Origin: the human T2T-CHM13v2.0 reference genome, Homo sapiens
DNA: 64,000 nucleotides
Reading direction: 5' to 3' (one strand)
Assembly (NCBI RefSeq): GCF_009914755.1
Contig: NC_060933.1
In this document: positions 57,673-64,000 of the stretch, piece by piece
How positions within the stretch are numbered: position 1 is the first letter of the stretch
Layout of the letters: every line of letters starts with the position of its first letter
Program-made: the position numbers and the translations under genes
The notes under the pieces: model-generated
The model's input: the letters and a program-made list of their open reading frames with translations, nothing else
Database searches by the model: none
What the model was told of the DNA's origin: nothing

Positions 57673-58857
57673 TCACACTTTAAGAAGGGTACAATTAAAC
57701 AACAGCAATAATAATAGTTTACTTTTATTGAGGGTTTTCTCTGTGCCAGGCCTTGTGCTTAGAACTTTACATGCAATGGTGGTTAAGTGTAGGCTTTCTT
57801 CAGCTAGAAATATGCCTTCCTAAGGGATGAATTAGTAAATGTTTCTCTTCAGAGGTGGACTAAGGTATATTAATTATGGAAAATAGCACTACATAGTGAA
57901 TATATGTATATATATATTTGACATAATATATTTATATGTAATTGGGGACTAGGAGGCATATACATTTCTCAGGAAAGTGCTAAGGAATAGCAAACAGCTT
58001 CTCCAGGAACATTTGACTACTCTTCTTAGCCAGTTATGCTCTGAGGAGTGAATAAAAGATGTTGGAAAGAAAGTATAAATTATACAGATTCAATCCATTT
58101 GTAGCAATAAACATAATGGCTCTGGCAATATTATGTGCAAATTCCATGAAAATGTAAATTATTATGAATTAGAAATGAACTAGAAATCGATGAAGAATTA
58201 GGCTAAGAAGCTTCCTTTTTGTTTTTGTGGGTTATTTTCCTTTTGAGATAAGGATAGTGTTTCCCCAAAGTATCATGGCTTACCTCTATTCCTTGTTTGT
58301 ATTTGCAGCATATAGCGTTAATAAATACCCACTTGTACATGGGGACTATATAAGCAAGATATGACTCCTTCTCACACCAGTGTTAATGGCTTCTCACTTT
58401 TCTATCATTCTAGATTTAACAGTGAAGAATCTCCTCAAATTTCAACAAGTGACTTTATCCTCATAGTTTCCTTACGTTTTCCAGAGTATGATTCCTTTAC
58501 ACAAACTACAGCCTTTTATATTCTCTATGGACCTGTTGCTGCATTCTTTCCTTGGGTGAATATCTTCTTAATCATCCTCCGGGTTTGGTCTAAGCAGGGA
58601 GACCAAATTAGACCCCAGGAGTGTGAAACTGGCATATTCACAATTCTTGTTTCTTACTGTGATTCCTTTAAGTCATCCCTTTAGAGTCTGGATGTAAGTA
58701 AATCTATAATCCTAGGTAAACCATACTAGTGAGAGAAGAGCTACTTGTCAAGAAATGGGGGCATATTCATTTTAATTATAATGTATAATTATTTTCTTAA
58801 TTATTTTTATAATAACTTCAATGACACTGTATTTATATTAATAGCTCTGTAGATTTT

Positions 58858-62041
<3,184 letters not shown>

Positions 62042-62699
62042 ATAATTCCATAGATTTTACAAAATAATGTGTATGTATATGATCTCATTTAATCTTTGCA
62101 ACCACATGAATTAGGTATTGTTATATTCGATTTGCCAGTAAGAAAATTTATGTTCAGAAAGGTGGATAATTTATTTGTGATCATAGAACCAGTAAGAAGC
62201 AGAACTAGAAGTAGAACCTGGGTTTTATGCCTCCAAATCATGTGCTTTTCCCAAAGATCACTCTGGCTGTTTGCAAAAGGCTTTAAAGTAGATCTATGGA
62301 TTTTGTATAGGACATTTCAAATAGGGTAATAAAATAATAAATCAGTAATTTCAGTACATATTGACAAAGTGAACAAAAGTGAGTTTGATTAATAGTGTGT
62401 GAGGTTAGTTATTTTTCTTATAGGTCCCTAAGGGAACATCTATTAATAGGCTTTGGAAACAGAAAATAACTAGCCTAGAGATTTAAGACAACATGCAAAG
62501 ATTTAACCTTACAGACTGAGTGTTTATTAGAAACTTATGGTTGGCTTCTTTGAATGCAACTGATGGGTGTACTACAGAGCTAACAAACAGGAGTTATCTT
62601 TGACCTCCACTCCACCACATGTTTGTATTTATTGAACATTTACTATACACCAGACCCTGTGTTAGCTGTTGGGAATATGTCCATGAGCAGGACTGGTCT

Positions 62700-63295
62700 C
62701 TCTGCTTCTGACCTTCTCATTTCCTCATCCAGCACATTCTCTACAGAGATGAAGAGTGATCTTTCTAAAGTGCAAATCTGACCATGTCCAGTCAATGTCA
62801 CCAGGCTGTAGGTTTTCACAGACAAGAGATCACAGCTGTCTGAGTTACCATTATATCATCATGATCAATCAAATCCAAACCTTGTAGGAAACACAAGGCC
62901 CTTCACAACTTGGCTCCTGCTTTCCTCTTCCAGCTCCAACTCCCTTTCCCCCACCTTATACTCTCTGCTCCAGCCATGTTGACCTCCTGTATACAGACTT
63001 AGGGGTGTACAAAGTTCTTTTTCTTCACAGGCCTGAGAAGTGCTACTCTCTTTTCTCTGAGGCCTCAGGCCACTATCTTTCTTTTCCCATTCGTCTCCTG
63101 GTAAGTTGTATTTATTCTTCTCCCTCATTTCAGACTTCACTTCCAGTAGAAAATTTCTTAGAACTGTCCCACAGAACTATCAATGCTTTCTTGTTTTATT
63201 TTGCATTTACCCTACACAGCTATACTACCTGTTTACTTATCAGTATATCTCCTGAAACAGTAATTAGCACACATCAGGCACTCAGATATTTTTAA
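62700..63295 (+). mobile_element. L2 fragments
   Basis: 'gagtgatctttctaaagtgcaaatctgaccatgtc', 'ctctctgctccagccatgttg', 'gcacacatcaggcactcag'. Confidence 0.6.
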
Positions 63296-63302
63296 AGTGG
63301 TC

Positions 63303-63626
63303 TCCCTTAGTCCATTTTTTTTCACTATATAGACTACCTGAGACTGGGTAATGTATGAAGAATGTATTGGCTCACAGTTCTGGAAGTGGGAAGTCTAAGG
63401 TCAAGGCAGCTGCAGGTTTGGTGATTGTGATTCCCAGATGGTGCCTTGCATATGAAGTCTTCCAGAGGAGAGGAAGGTTGGATACTCACGTTGCAAGGGG
63501 CAGAAGAGGCAAGAGAGAAGAAGGCTGAACTCAACTGTCTATAGAGGCATACATCCCACCCATGTAGGCAATGAAATGACAATTAAATTTCAATGTGAGT
63601 TTTGGAGGAGACACTCAAATAATAGC
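63303..63626 (-). mobile_element. MSTB/MSTC-like MaLR LTR
   Basis: 'cctgagactgggtaat...tattggctcacagttctgga...aattaaatttcaatgtgagttttggagg'. Confidence 0.75.
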
Positions 63627-63848
63627 TGGGTCATTGAAGAAATGAATAAATAAAACAGTACTGGATAATTTGTCAGGGATTTTGTTTTATTTCCTCTGTA
63701 TCCCAGAATCTATTATAATACATAGGTCATAGTGAATCTATACTGAATGTTTTTAAATTAATGAATTAATTCATGAATGAGTCAGGCAAAGCTTGTACAC
63801 ACATGTACACACATGCACACACATGCACACTCACAGATACGCCAGGAT

Positions 63849-64000
63849 GAGCAGGTTGCCTCTGCGGGCTCAGGTGGCCAGCTTTTATTCCCTTATCTGG
63901 CCCCGCCCACGTCCTGCTGATTGGTCCATTTTACAGAGCACTGATTGGTCCATTTTACAGAGTGCTGATTGGTTCGTTTTTACAGGGTGCTGATTGGTGC
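63849..64000 (-). mobile_element. LTR12 (ERV9) U3 promoter region, truncated after the start site and running off the window
   Basis: Tandem 'ctgattggtccattttacagag' CCAAT repeats, GC box ccccgccc, and minus-strand AATAAAA TATA-equivalent at 63889-63883. Confidence 0.88.

Noticed and set aside
63915-64000. Regularly spaced ~21-bp repeats resembling a CRISPR-like array
   Set aside because: Tandem LTR12 CCAAT repeats with no unique spacers, in eukaryotic DNA.

Overview
This is primate (human-like) genomic DNA that is AT-rich and very dense in repeats. I find no intact protein-coding gene. The ORFs in the track come from L1, Alu or MaLR repeats, from the pseudogene, or appear to be chance ORFs. 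The only gene-derived sequence is a full-length processed GAPDH pseudogene (59572-60833, +), inserted with target-site duplications (TSDs) into an antisense L1. The rest is Alus, L1s (mostly on the minus strand), MaLR/ERVL/ERV9 LTRs including a two-LTR THE1 element, DNA-transposon remnants, MIR/L2, and a few repeat-poor stretches. The most unusual structure is at 53.0-54.5 kb. There, a 52-bp spacerless (CT)n(AG)n palindrome sits next to a ~500-bp inverted duplication with 198-bp arms (8 mismatches). The arms contain a copy of a MER82-end/MADE1 junction that also lies ~0.8 kb downstream. Other notable events: an L1 3' transduction, two twin-primed L1 inversions, an Alu-patched L1 deletion, a 33-bp templated copy of a local MER20, an Alu with a T-rich tail, and an LTR12 truncated just after its promoter and pointing into the window. 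These look like traces of retrotransposition and DNA repair. I cannot show a new functional system from sequence alone. Subfamily names are from recalled consensus sequences and need Dfam/RepeatMasker confirmation.
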